Shown here: piece by piece, positions 1-14,285 of the stretch
Position numbering within the stretch: the stretch's first letter is position 1
Layout of the letters: every line of letters starts with the position of its first letter
NCBI RefSeq assembly: GCF_009914755.1
Contig: NC_060929.1
Source: the human T2T-CHM13v2.0 reference genome, Homo sapiens
Reading direction: 5' to 3' (one strand)
DNA length: 64,000 nt
Position numbers and translations under genes: made by a program
Notes under the pieces: model-generated
Databases searched by the model: none
Seen by the model: only the letters and a program-made list of their open reading frames with translations
What the model was told of the DNA's origin: nothing

Positions 1-1694
1 TGATGAAAAGACAGCAGTTCAATAATGTTAACTCTAGAAACTAGAGGGGGAAAATCGTCTTATCAAAATGATTTCCCAGCCCCTCCACGTGGTTTTTAGA
101 ATCAGTCACCTTAAAACTGTATGTGTGTCAGTGTGTGTGCATGTGTGTGTATGCATACCTATTTTATAGGTATACAGAATTTTATAAATAAAGGTAAGTA
201 ATATCCAATGTCTGCCCACTCTCCTCATCCTTAGAATTCTCCCTTCCACGGTCTCCAAGCAGAAAAGTCTCAGAAACTTCCTTAAGACACATGTGGCTGA
301 TGAAGAATGGGTTCTTAATAATTCCCTTTGGGACCATGATGAACTTTAGGTGGCTCCCATTTGATGCTTTTTCTACAGGTAAGTCATTCGGATTAAACTC
401 CACCTCAAAGTGCAAAGTAAATAAGAGATTATACACAGTATCTGTTGCAAACCATGATAGGGTATCAGTTCTCTCTCTCTCTTTTTTTTTTGCATCTTGT
501 TTCAATACACAAGAAAAGGATAAGCACCACACTGGCCCCAGATGGTTATATAGGAAATAGGAACATACTTCTCAAAGGCTCACCCTTTTTCCCTAAGACT
601 TTTAGAGAAAAATAAATAATATTAACTCAATTGCTTCATTATGCTTAAAAAAAACCCCTAAAATTTATCTAACATTCAAGGATTAAAATTATTTTGTGGC
701 CAGATGTCGCTAACACAAATTTATTTCTTATCTGGGGCGCATTTTAAATCATAACTCATTTCTCATAGGAACCTGCATAGTATTACTTGATTTTTCTCAT
801 CATGGTAAATGTAATCATAACAATACTATTTGAAAAGTCTTCCCTGCACAAACTGACACCAGTTTATTTTACTTCCCTGTCATACTTAAATATTTGCAAA
901 TAGGACTTTAAGAAATTTCCCTTAAAACTATGAAGTAGTTAAATGATCTGAGGTGAGTTGTAGAATTTGCTTCGATGTTTTATGGTTATACTTTATGAAG
1001 TAAAACTTTCCATTTTGACTGGAAACAAAGCACTCAGTAATACTTTCCAATTAAAATTGAAGAAAGATGTTTAATACAAGTTAACTTAAAAGAAAAACTT
1101 CTATACTTACAGAAGAATTCTGTCACAGTTCTGCTCACCATTCTTTTTTGAAACACAGTAAGATTCAATATGTGCATTCTTTATAGTAAGCAAAAAGGAG
1201 ACATGAATAAGTGGAAGAGTAGCACTGTCAATATGGAAAATTCCATGAGAATTCAAAGTGGCCACAAAGCTTAATCACATCCTGCACATTTAAGTCTTTG
1301 TGTTTTATAAGAACAACTAAACTCTAGCAAGACAGAAAAATATAAAGTCAACATAATATTACAATTTCCACAATTTAGTGTCTGATTTAATAGGTTGTAA
1401 AATCTCTGTCATAATGAAAAATGATGGCAGACATTTTAATTTTTTTGGCATTACTGAAGACAGATGGATATAATTATATAGAGGAAAGGAGAGGGAGAAA
1501 GGAGGGGAGAAAAAACTAAAAATAATAAACATAACAATAAATATAGAAGCAGTTCAAAGCAAAGGTGTTGCAGGACAGCAGTCAAATCTTCAACAGTAAA
1601 GAAAGATTGAGTTGAAGACTGAAGAACTGTGAGGTCAGTAAGGAGTGGAGACAGCATATGACTGAGTCATCAATAGTCCTAAAAGCTTTGTGGC

Positions 1695-1910
1695 ACTATT
1701 CAGTGTAGTTAAGTCTTGAATTCTAGGTTTATCTTGACTGTCTTGGATCTGCCTTTATTGCTTGTTAGCCGCCATCCTTGGGTAAATTACTTAATCATTC
1801 TGTGCCTCAGTTTCCTCAATTGTGCCCCAGTTTCCTCAATTGTGCCCCAGTTTCCTCATATGCTCAAATGAGGATAGCAATTGTACTGACTTTGTTAAGT
1901 TGTTTTGAGC
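1695..1910 (+). mobile_element. MIR SINE fragment with an internal 20-bp triplication
   Basis: MIR core CCTTGGGTAAATTACTTAATCATTCTGTGCCTCAGTTTCCTCA...AAATGAGGATAGCAAT; boundaries approximate. Confidence 0.75.
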
Positions 1911-2520
1911 AGTACCACTCACTCTTAGACTGGGGGAAAAGGACTCCTGCTCTTTGCCTTTCATGGTAGTAGGCCTTGCATATTACAAACACAAACAAAC
2001 TGAATTTATTAAAGTACATCTAGGCACATCAGCACTAGCACAGTGCCCTTAAGTATAGATATCTGCTTTTATGACAACTTTCAAGCCTGAAGGAAATGCT
2101 TTTCAAAATCTCTACATCCTCCAGAAAAAAAGAAAACTGTGTCCAATCAGCCTTTGAAGGTTGTTTCTTTGCCCACTTCTGAGAGGAACACTAGTTTGAA
2201 GTGTTGGGAAGATGGTGTTGGCAGCTCTTGTAAAATCCTTCCTCTCGATATGATATTTCTATAAACTTCGTTGCTTTCAAGAATGATTTCTTCTTATGAT
2301 TTTTCCCAACAATAGATCACGCTTTGTGTTTAAAAAAATGACCTAGAACATTTACGTATAGAGTGTAAACTAGGGGGAAGTGCACCAAGAAAACTTCTCA
2401 CTGGCTTTGATCTATTGGTGCTTTCAGTTAAAGTTATTTTTCTTGTATTTAAATAAAAACTTAATAGAGTACAACAAATAACATTGTGCCTATGACTCTG
2501 AGTTTAAAAAAGAAGGGTGA

Positions 2521-2581
2521 ATATATATATATATGTATATATATATACACACATACACACACGTGTGTGTGTGTGCATGTG
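2521..2581. repeat. Compound (TA)n(CA)n(TG)n microsatellite
   Basis: Alternating purine-pyrimidine tract read directly. Confidence 0.9.
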
Positions 2582-3489
2582 AGTAATGATCATTTTGTCC
2601 TTGAATAATGATTCTTCCTGTTTTAAATCTGTGAAATAGAGTGCTCTTTGGTATAAAAAAGGAAGTTAGTCCACTCAATGCAAGACATATAAGGTTTTCA
2701 TTCTTCTCATCCCAACAGATGCACCTTATAATGTTACTTAAACAGTGAATTCTGTTCTAGGTCAAATATTAAAGGGCAATTTGAAGCAAATTGTCACTTG
2801 ATTTCTGTCTGCTCAGGTATCAACCTTTTCTTCTGACAATGAAAATGTTGTAGTTTAAAGAAATCATAGAGGAAATTAAAAACTTCAATCAGAGAATCAA
2901 AAATATACTTTGCAGAAAGCCAAGTTACAAACCGCTAGAGCTGTGTTTCCAATATTTTACTTTATGAAAAAGGGGGACATGATCAAAAATCAAAAGGAAC
3001 TGGTATGATACTTTGTAATCCTACATAAAGTTATACCACAGACCTTGAACCTATCCATTCCTCTCCACATAATGTCTAAAGTCATGACCATACCAATATG
3101 ATTAAAATCATTTTAATTTCATTGATTGAAGTTCCTCGGAAATAAATGGTTAAAAGGGAGAGAGAAGCATTTGTTGCCCAAAGGGATATATTTATTTCAA
3201 TTATCAGAAAGTTTTCTATCTTGAATACCTCATTAAGTAATATTGCTTTAAGATGTTATCTATGGTTAATTATTCTCAGCATTGCCAATGAAGTTGTCAG
3301 TCACAAGCCATTTATTACACGTATTCTCTGTTTCTCCCTCCCTCTCTCTGCCTCTCTCTGTCTGCATATATATATATATAAAATGCACACTTACATACAC
3401 ACACTTATATATATGGTATATACTCTACATACATATATCTCTGAAGTCCAAAAGTGCTTCCGAGGAGAAAATGTCAAGTCTGAGATGAT

Positions 3490-3730
3490 CTTGGAGTGAA
3501 AAAAATATGGGTTCAAAGCCTGCTCTGCCTCTTCTTAGGTTGCTTGGACACATTACCTTACCTTGCAAAACCTGAATCTTCTTAACTATAAAATCTTCTT
3601 AACTATAAAATAGGACCGAAATACCTTCTGAAAATATCCTCAAGGATAATAAGATAATGTATATAAATGCTTATCTTAGTTTCTGGCACAAGTGCACACA
3701 TACAGTAGATATGATTGTTATGCTATTATA
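3490..3730 (+). mobile_element. MIR fragment
   Basis: TGGGTTCAAAGCCTGCTCTGCC...TATAAAATAGG...AAGATAATGTATATAAATGCTT...TCTGGCACA, resembling the MIR consensus. Confidence 0.6.
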
Positions 3731-4395
3731 AGTATAAATATGTTCACGGAAATTATCAGCATTTGCTTTCTAGCAACCATCAGCTGTGATCATTGATTGC
3801 GATATGATTGGCTTTATGTCATAGAGTCGGGAAAATCGATGTTATGAAAGGTACCTGAACATGACAACCTATGTTGGGAAGGCAGTGTGCCCAGGGAATG
3901 GACAGAAGTTTAAATATCAAACAGTAGAAAATATGAAACCCACTACAGCTTAAAACTTTCCGCATGGGAATGCTTCTACACATCTTAACCAGGCTGCCTC
4001 ATGTGCTCTAAATAGGAGCCTCTCAGAAACTTTGTTGTACATCAAAGTGGTATGTATTAAGAAGGACTTCCCCTTATTATTTTCTCCCAACTTGAAGACC
4101 TCAACAGAAGTGCCATCGGATCTCAAGAACTTTATTGTACTTACAACTTCCATAATGGTCACAATCAATTCCAAAGTTAATGCAAAGGCTAAGTTACTAA
4201 ACCTTGGAAGGTACTATGGGCTTTGTTTGCTAATTTAGCTTTTGCAAGTGAAATTCAAAGTATCTTAAAATAGTTAGACTGACAGGATAAGCAACAAAAG
4301 TAGTTATTATATGTTTGATTATTTTAAACTTGGATGAATGAAATTCAAAGTAGTTCTTTAATCTAAAATTCCAAGATTAGATCGTGACAAGAACT

Positions 4396-5153
<758 letters not shown>

Positions 5154-5276
5154 TGCCACAACATGTATTTTTTGTTGTTATGCTCTAGATAATTGCTCTC
5201 CAGAGTATAACAACCAAAAATACATATTATATTTAGTTTACTGCTACTTTTCAATTAAATTACTTAGAAACCATAT

Positions 5277-5818
5277 GTAAGGTGGCCCCAATGGTCCCGA
5301 CCTCCTACCTACTATTATCTACTCTTGTTGAGTGTAGTTGGGACCTGTGACTTACTTTTAACCAGTAGAATATGGTAACCATAATGAGACCTCACTTCTG
5401 TGATTGTGTCCTGCTATAAGACTTGTTGGCAGAGTCACTCTAGAGCCTCTTTGCTGGCTTGATGAAGTAAGCAGGCATATTGGGGAAGCCCATCTGACAG
5501 AGAACTCCAGATAGCTTCTAGGACCTGAGGGCAGCCTCTGTCTGGTAGCCAGCTAGAAGCCAGATTTTCAATCCTACAGTTACAAAGAGATGACTTCTGC
5601 CAACAACCTAAGTGAACTTGGAAGCGAAATCTTTTTCAGGTCTCATATGAAAATATTGTCTGGCCAAAACCATTACCGAAACCATGTGGGACCCTAAACT
5701 GAAGACACTGCTAAACCGTGCTCAAACTTTTAACCCACAAAAACTGCGAGATAATATGTGTGTTTTTTAGACACTAAATGTGTAGTATTTTATTATACAG
5801 CAATTCCTAACTAATACA
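5277..5818 (+). mobile_element. MaLR LTR (MLT1E/F-like)
   Basis: GGACCTGTGACTT...AACCAGTAGAATATGG...TTCTGCCAACAACC...CAGCAAT...AACTAATACA terminus. Confidence 0.75.
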
Positions 5819-7597
5819 CTCCAGTAATTCAACCTCTATCAGTGTTATTATAATCAAAATATCACTCTTGATGTTGAATACATCTAGACATTCATTTTTA
5901 TATACTTTTATTTTAAAATTAGTATTATCTAGGTTTAATTTGTATAAAGATTGTAAGCTGAACCACCTAAACCATGATTTTTAACTTGTTAATAAAACTG
6001 CCGCAGTGAGTACAAAGTGATTAAATAGTAAAACCTCTGAGCTATTGCTGATGAGGGAACACTTAATGTTTAACACGGGTAGTGTCATGGTACTGGGCAA
6101 TATGAGAAATTGCCATCAGTTCAGACACCAATTAGAAAGGGAATATTTTGACCAAAGGGAAATTACTGTCACTTTCTCTATTATTTTGGTGAGGGAAACA
6201 AGTATAAATGGCAGCCAACACTTACAGAGCTTATTGAAAAAAGTAAACCTCCCCAGAAATCAATTGATAAAGACTAATGACTTTCTAGAAATAGTAATGA
6301 GTTTCAGCTGAGTAAGAATCCATCAAAGACAGACGGTATCAGTGGGTATGGGACAAAAAGTAGATCAGCAGAATATGGGGAAAACAAAGAATACTTATCA
6401 AACTGGAACAGACTGGGACCGTAAACACATTGAGCAGGAATTAATATGCTTCTTATTAAGTAGGATTCAAAAATTAATATCAAAATATATTTATGTAATA
6501 TTGAGGCTTACTGATTATAATTATGTGTAAGCTAACATTTACTAAACTGCACACTGTATATTTTTATGGTGTAGGTTTATCTGTTCTCAACAAATCATTT
6601 TATCATTTTAATAATATCCCAAGTTAAAGCACAGTAATGGGCACTGCTATACATAGACCTTTGGCCATTGTAGTATTTATATGACTATTATAATTCAGGC
6701 CGTGTTGCCAAATAATACACTATTTTAAAGTGACTGGCAGTTTTAAGCAATCTTTATTACTTTTCTGGTGACAACCTTGGAATACATTATCATTATATAT
6801 TTTGCAGGTAGGAAAGTTGAGTTGCATAGCATAAATATCATAGTTAATATCATGAAGAATTTATGAAAAAAAATTCAGTGATCACAAAGTATCTGTGTAT
6901 TGTTTATTATATGAGTAGAAAGCAAAATATGTATATTTATGGAAGTTGTGGTTGTGTTTAGATTCTAAAAATATCAGTCACTCAGAGCTTGCATTTCAAC
7001 CTAAGTTTTGCAGCAGACGTTTCAAAGTCTGAAAGGCTATGATTGAGGTCAAATCAGATATGCTGAGACATTTGGGAACACTGTACAAACATTGGGGTAT
7101 AAACTATTTCTCCCCTGGCAAAAAAATCTTCACTGATTGCTCATTAGCCAATCTTGGGAGACATAATTTTACTTTACGCATCTCTATGAATATTTTCTGA
7201 AGCATAAATTTCAAATTTCCTACTTGCATTTTATACATAGCTGCCACAACATTAGAGTTCTTTGTTGTGCTTATATTGACAACCCTGGGCCTGGAGGAAA
7301 TAAGTGGTTGCTTGTTTTCATTCTTTGAGACTCTAAAGAAACAGCATGTTGGACCATTTAACTTTTTACTGTCAGGCTTCAGTGCACGCTGCCCTTTCTG
7401 AAGTGCAATAATTAGGGAAGGCACCATTTCACTCCCCTTAATCTTGGCGGAATTTGCCAAGATTCTGAGATCCATTTCATATAAACATTGAGAATGAAGA
7501 GCGCTGGCCTAAATTTTATTGGTATCTCCAAATCAAAGTGAGGCAAAGAGAATATTGCTAAGACCTTCTTTCCAGTTTTTCACCTGTCTTTGCCTTT

Positions 7598-8360
7598 TTA
7601 TTTTTATATGTAACAGCTTTATTGAGATATAACTCACATATCACACAATTCACTCATTTAAAGTATACACTTCAGATTTTGTTATATTCATGTAGCTCTG
7701 CAACCACCACCACAGTCAAATTTAGGACATTTGCACTACTCCTAAAAAAAACTCCGTACTCATGAGTAGTCACTCTCCGTTATGCCCCCAATCCACCCCA
7801 TTGCACACTTAAGAAACCACTAAGCAGCTTTCTGTATTTGCCTATTCTGGATATGTCATATGAATAGAATCATATAACATATGATCTTTGGAGACTGGCG
7901 TTTACAAGTTTCAACTATTTTGTAGCATGTATCAGAACTTCATTTCTTGAGTTATTGTCAAGTAATATTCTATTCTGTGAATATGATTACATTTTATTTA
8001 TTCAATTGAAGTACACTTAGGTTGCTTCCACTTTTTGACTGTTATGAAAAATTCTGTTATTAACATGCATGTACAAATTTTTGTGTGACCATGTGTTCAT
8101 TACTCTAAGAGTGAAATTGATGTGTTATGAGGTAACTGTTTAATATTTTGAGGAAGTGCTAGTTTTCCAAAGTGGCTGCATTTTACATCTCCACCAGCAG
8201 AGGGTTCCAATGTTCCCACATTCTCACAACATCCTCCTTGTTATTGTCGGTCTTTTTTATTATAGGCATCCTAGTGGATGTGAAGTGGTATCTCATTATG
8301 GTTGCAATTTGCATAAGCCTGATGGTTAATGGTGTTGAAAACCTCTTCCTGTGCTTGACT
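7598..8360 (-). mobile_element. L1MB-type LINE 3' fragment
   Basis: AACAGCTTTATTGAGATATAA..CACATATCACACAATTCACTCATTTAAAGT (L1M 3' UTR antisense), GTGAAGTGGTATCTCATT. Confidence 0.85.
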
Positions 8361-10316
8361 TTACATTTTGACTGGGTGCCTATCATTCAGAAATAGCTAC
8401 ATATTTGGGGAGTAGACACAACATGACTAGTAAAATGATGTCATTTGGATGTGTTGTGTCTGTGTGATGGTCCTAAGGTCCTAAGGTCCTAATCTATGCA
8501 GGATTGTTATTCTTTCAAGGATTGGTCTGATTTTAATATTAAAACAGACAAAATTATATACTAAACTTGACTGATTGAACCCAGCTAAGTGGTAATCGTA
8601 CACTGGAGAATAAAATAATATAAAGTAAAATAAATTAAAAAGCAGACATTGTCTTGAACAGTTTAATATAAAGAACATACAGATACTTGCTAAAGCTTAT
8701 TGTTTAAATGGTAACTTTAGGAAACTTGGTGCCTTTAGTTTTTTTTTTTTTCATTAAAAAGTGTACATCACACTATGTATATGCCAGAAATAGTTGTGGC
8801 CTACTTAGAGTGCTAAATGTTAAATTTCAGAATCAATAATAACTTCTCTCTGTTTCTAAGATATTTTTCCTTTTTAGGGTCTTCAGGGAATTTAGACTGC
8901 CAAGAAACTAAGAGTCTTGTACAAAGCATATGCATAACATCAATGGGCTTAGTGAGTATTTGTGGATAATGAGGTTGATGACAAATTATCACTTATTTGT
9001 TATGTCTCAGAGTGGTTAACATGTACTGGAATGTTACTTGTTAAAAATGTTTTCCTCCTACGCTTTGGTTTTTAACACCCCTTGATGATTCCTTTCATAG
9101 AAATTGATGTAAGAAATTGTCATCCTGTTCATTACCTCCGAACCAGCAATTACAAAGTGTTTGTAGAGCTTCAGTGAATTCTCTTTAAGCCTCTGTTAAA
9201 CTGGATTTTCAGCATTTATGTAATTATAAATGATATTTGTGCAAATGAAAACTTTGCAAATGTAGTTTTAAAAAGACTTAACAGATATTTGCACAAACTC
9301 AAATTTTTACAAATGTAGCTTTAAAATGACATCTCCAGTATTTCTCCTAAAGGAAGAATTAACTTTGCTGGGGAACACAACTTGAATGGCCAATTTGTGT
9401 GAATAGTTGGAACCCAGGGTCAAAGAGGAGAGGGTACTAGGGGAAGATAGGCTATATTCCTCTGCACAAGAAAATGGTCTGAGATGTTTAGGCATAGATA
9501 TGCCTAATATTTACATTTAAGTTTTATGGATAACTAGAAGTACAAACCATTTATTTTCTTATGAAGTCCCCATGTAATGGAGATGAAGAGAGCATATAGT
9601 ATTATCACAGTACTATATAAGTAGGATTTGTTAGACTTTAACTACACATATGCCCTTTATGATTGTAATTATTTGAACACATTTCTTGTGAGCTTGGAAA
9701 TTGTCTTCCTAGTTTCCAAAAGGAAAGTCACCATTTTGTGCACTTGTGCTCTGAATTAATTCAATGATACCTTTGTTTGATGGCAGAATACCATAGATAA
9801 CAGCTTGTCATTGCCTTTCCCACTCCTTTCCAGCAGTGGCTGTGACAACATGGCACCAAAGCTACTGTGCTAATTCTCCTTTGCCATTTTCCCATAAATA
9901 AAGACAACGAACTCCTCTGTAAATTGTGCCATCATTGTTGATATTCTTTAGAACAGAGACAGTATTGAATAAAGCTTAAAAATTTTGCTGATTAAATTTC
10001 AGGCCCCTCTATAGGAATAAAAATAAGTCCACAGGTTAAAGATTAGGAGAAACCATGCTGTATTCCAGTACTGATCAAATTTTTTTGTATTGATCAAAAT
10101 ATTTGTCAAAGTGCTTTTATTTATTGGAGGGAATAGAGAGGAGGTTTTGTCTCTACATTGACTCTGGGTTTAGTCCTTATGTATATTTTCAGTGTAATAG
10201 CTTTGTTACATGCATTCTACCTTGTAAATCACCTCCTAAATAACCAAACTCTCTGAGTCACTGTGTCACGGCCAATAGCGTGATCATCATCATGTCTATC
10301 ATAATTCTTGTTGATT

Positions 10317-10520
10317 GCAGGTTTCTGAATTCCTATTCTCTTGTATATTCCTTTATGATTCAAACTTTCTATTTTTAGCCTCCAATCCTTATCCTGAGTT
10401 TAAGCAATTAAATATTATGATGTGTCAGAAGTGGAATAAAACTAAAACTGTTCATTATATTGAAGTATCACAACAATTATTTCTTTTGTGATGCAAGGGA
10501 AGTTACTGGGAAGTGAAGTG
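10317..10520 (+). repeat. 204-bp local direct repeat, copy 1 (donor)
   Basis: Ungapped match to 11476-11679, 14 mismatches by hand count. Confidence 0.95.
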
Positions 10521-10855
10521 CACAGGAACTTATTAGAACTTCAGTGTTTCTGAACAAACTTTGTGAGCATAAGTTTAGAAAGCTGAAATGATTTTTGTGA
10601 GCCAGTTTGTGTGTGTGTGTTTGTTGTTATTATTTTTTTGAGGGAAGCAGAAAGAAAAAATAATAATTTTCAAATAACTAACCTGCAGGCTGCAATGGGC
10701 TTGACAAGGAATCACGCACACCAGTTCCTTTGCTAAGCAGGCTGGTGGTGGCTACAGGGCCGGTTATAATGAGTTCTACATAATGAGTTCTACTAAAAAC
10801 AGGTTCTTAACCTCTTCACTGTGACATAAAAACAGCACCAATATTCCCAGATTCC

Positions 10856-10860
<5 letters not shown>

Positions 10861-10904
<44 letters not shown>
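10861..10904. repeat. (AC)22 microsatellite
   Basis: Perfect dinucleotide run. Confidence 0.97.
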
Positions 10905-10907
<3 letters not shown>

Positions 10908-11221
10908 TTACTCTGTGTATGAATATTTTACTTTCAAAACTATCATAATAATAGGAAGAAGACACCAAATTAGCCAATATAGAAAGTGTTATTTTCTGGA
11001 TTTTGTTTTTGTATACATGTGAAAAAAATTAAATCAAATATAAAAATGACCACCACAACAAAATTTCTTCCAAGTTTTCAGGTGGTTTTGTATATGCCTT
11101 GATACCTGATTGTATTCTCCTGCTTTGCACAGGTTTCCCTCTGAGGGATATGCTACTCTAAATGTTTTCTCTTCTTTCTGAGGTAGGCTCAGACATTCTG
11201 GGACATTTTGTCTTTAATTTT

Positions 11222-11960
11222 TTCATTCCTTTATGGATTTATTCGACACACACATATCACTGAGCCCACAACTTATCTGGTACTGTATTAAGCTCTGGAG
11301 AAAGAGAGAGAGAAAAAAAACCTAGTCTTTGTCATCAAGGGGCTCACAATCTAGTGGAGGAAACATGCACAGATACGTGTAATTCAGATAGTAACAGGAA
11401 TAATATGTATATATAGAGTATATTATGAAATAACAAAGAAAAGTCATTTCTTGAAAAGCTGAAGAAAATCTTCTAGCAGGTTTCTGAATTCTCAGTCTCT
11501 TGTATATTCCTTTATGATTCAAACTTTCTATTTTTAGCCTCCAATCCTTACCCTGAGTTTAAGCAATTAAACATTATAATATGTCAGAAGTGGAATAAAA
11601 CTAAAAATGTTAATTATATTAAAGTATCACAAAAATTATTTCTTTTGTGATGCAAGGGAAGTAATTGGGAGGTGAAGTGGTAGGTGAATTGGTAGGTGAC
11701 ATTAGAATTTAGCTTTCAAGTGTGAATATGGATTAGATGGGTAAGGAAGTGAGTCCTTGCCTAGTGAGCAGCATGGACAATGACACTGAGGTGGTAAACA
11801 TCACAGGTGCAAGAAGAAATTATAGGCAATACACTAGAGCACAGAGAAGGAAGAACCATGGAGTGTGAAGAAGGAAAGCTGAAGATGTAGACTGGGCCCA
11901 GATCTGGAGAGCCTACTGACCTATAAAGAGATTGACTTGATTCTCCAGCTGAGGTAAATT
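11222..11960 (-). mobile_element. L2 3' fragment, interrupted by the 204-bp copy
   Basis: TTCATTCC...ACTGAGC...GGGCTCACAATCTAGTGG...CTTCTAGCAGG / AGGTGACATT...: antisense L2 3' end pattern. Confidence 0.7.
11476..11679 (+). repeat. 204-bp local direct repeat, copy 2 (inserted into L2)
   Basis: About 93% identical to 10317-10520. Confidence 0.95.
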
Positions 11961-12169
11961 GCTCATGTATTTTGTTTCTCAATTTCCTCTCCACATAGTC
12001 TGAGTTATTTCACAGGTATTTTTTCAATTCATGATACAAATCACTTCTGGATCATCAAATATGCTTTAGTCCTAAACTGAAAATAATAATTTTTTGTTCT
12101 CAGGTTGAAGTAGATATCTTCCTTCCAACCATTAGGTTTGGAAAAGTGAGTTGAGGAAATTATTTTCAT

Positions 12170-14269
12170 TATTATTATTTTGTATTTTCAATTGAAAAGT
12201 AACAATTGTATATTTTATGGAGTACAACATGACATTTTGATATATGTATACACTGTGAAATGATTCTATCAAGGTATTTAACATATCCATCATCTCGCAT
12301 TTCTATCATTTCTTATGGTGAAACATTTAAATCTACTCTTCTGGCAATTTTAAAGTATGCAATACATTATGATTAACTACAGTCACTCTGCTGTGCAATA
12401 GATTTCAAACACTTCTCCTCCCACCTAACTGAAACATTTCCCTCTTTGACAAACATCTCTCCTTTTCAACCTCTACCACCCCCAGTCTCTGGTAATCACT
12501 ATTCTATTCTCTATTTCTGAGTTCAACTTTTCAGATTCCACATATAAGTGAAGTCATGGGTATTTGTCTTTCTGTGCCTGGCTTATTTCACTTAGCATAA
12601 TATCCTCTAGGTTCATCCATGTTGTCACAAATGACAGAATTTCCTTCTTAAGATTGCATAGTATTCCACTGGGTATAGATACTACATTTTCTTTATCCAT
12701 TCATCTGTTGATGGATAGATGCTTAAGTTGATTCCACATTAGCTACTTTGAATAATGCTGCAATGAAGATAGGAGTGCAAATATCTCTTCAACTTTCCAA
12801 TTTCAATTATTTTAGGCATATAACCAAAAGTTAGATGAATGAATCCTATGTTAATTCTATTTTTATTCTTTGGGAACATCTATACTGTTTTCTATAATGT
12901 GTGTACTAATTTACATTCCCACCAACAGTGTATGAATGTTCTCTTTTCTCCTTGCCCTTGTTAACACTTGTCTTTCATCTTTTTGATAACAGTCATTCTA
13001 ATTGGGGTGAGATGATATCTCAATGTGATTGTGACTTGCATTTTCCTGATGATTAATGATGTTGGGCATTTTTTATAAACATATTAGCCATTTGTATGTC
13101 TTCTTTTGAGAAATGTCTATTTAGGCTAATTGACCATTTTTAAATCGTGTGATTTGTTTCCTTGCTATTGAGTTGTTTCAATTACTTATATATTTTGGAT
13201 ATTAACCGCTTATCAGATATATGGTTTACAAACATCTTATCCCAACCTATGGGTTGTCTCTTCATTCTGTTGATTATTTCCTTGGTTGTACAGAAGTTTT
13301 TTTAGTTTGATTCAATGTCATTTGTCTATTCTTGCTTTGTCTGTGCTTTTGAAATCATATCCAAGACATCATTGCTGAAACTAATTTTATGGAGTTTGCC
13401 CCCAATGTTTCTAGTAATTTTACAGTTTCAGGTCTTTCATTTAAGTATTTAATACATTTTTAGTTGATTTTGGTACATGGTGTGAGACAAAGGTCTAATT
13501 TCATTTTGTTGCATGTGAACATCCAGTTTTTTCAACATCATTTATTAAAGAGACTCTTTCCCCATTGTGTGATCTTGGCACCTTTGTCAAAAATCAATTG
13601 GTCATAAATGCAATGGATTTATTTCTGAGCTCTCTATCTAGGTTCATTGGTCAATGTGTTTGTTTTTATGCCAGTATCATGCTGCTTTGGTCACTACAGC
13701 TTTGCAGTATATTTTGAAATCAGATAATGTAATGCTTTCAGCTTTGCACTTCTTAAGATTGCCTTGGTTACTTTGATTATTTTGTGGCTTCATACAAACT
13801 TTAGAATTTTTTTTCTATTGTGATAAATGACATTGGATTTTGATAGGATTGCTTTAAATCTATAGGTCATTTTGGATAGTATAAACACTTTAACAATATT
13901 ATTTCAATCCATGAACATATGATATATTTTATTTGTGTATTCTTCAATTCCTTTTATCATTAGTTTATAATTTTCAGTACACAGATCTTTTACTTTTTTG
14001 ATTAAATTTACTCCTAAGTATTTTTTAATGATATTGTAAGTAGAATTGTTTTCTTAATTTATCTTTTAGATGATTAGTTGCTGATGTATAAGAATGTTAA
14101 AGATTTTTGTATATTGATTTTGTATCCTGCAATTTTACCGAATTTTTTTATCATTTACAACATTTTTTGATGGAGTATTTAGAATTTTCTCTACATATAA
14201 GATCTTGTCATCAGCAAACAGATAATTTCACTTTTTCCTTTTTTATTTGCATTCTATTTGGATGCCATT
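12170..14269 (-). mobile_element. L1MA-type LINE, 3' ~2.1 kb
   Basis: Antisense 3' UTR (TTGTATATTTTATGGAGTACAACATG..., CTGTGCCTGGCTTATTTCACTTAGCATAA) continuing into antisense ORF2 (TTTGTATCCTGCAATTTTAC). Confidence 0.92.
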
Positions 14270-14285
14270 TTCTTCTTCTTCTTCT

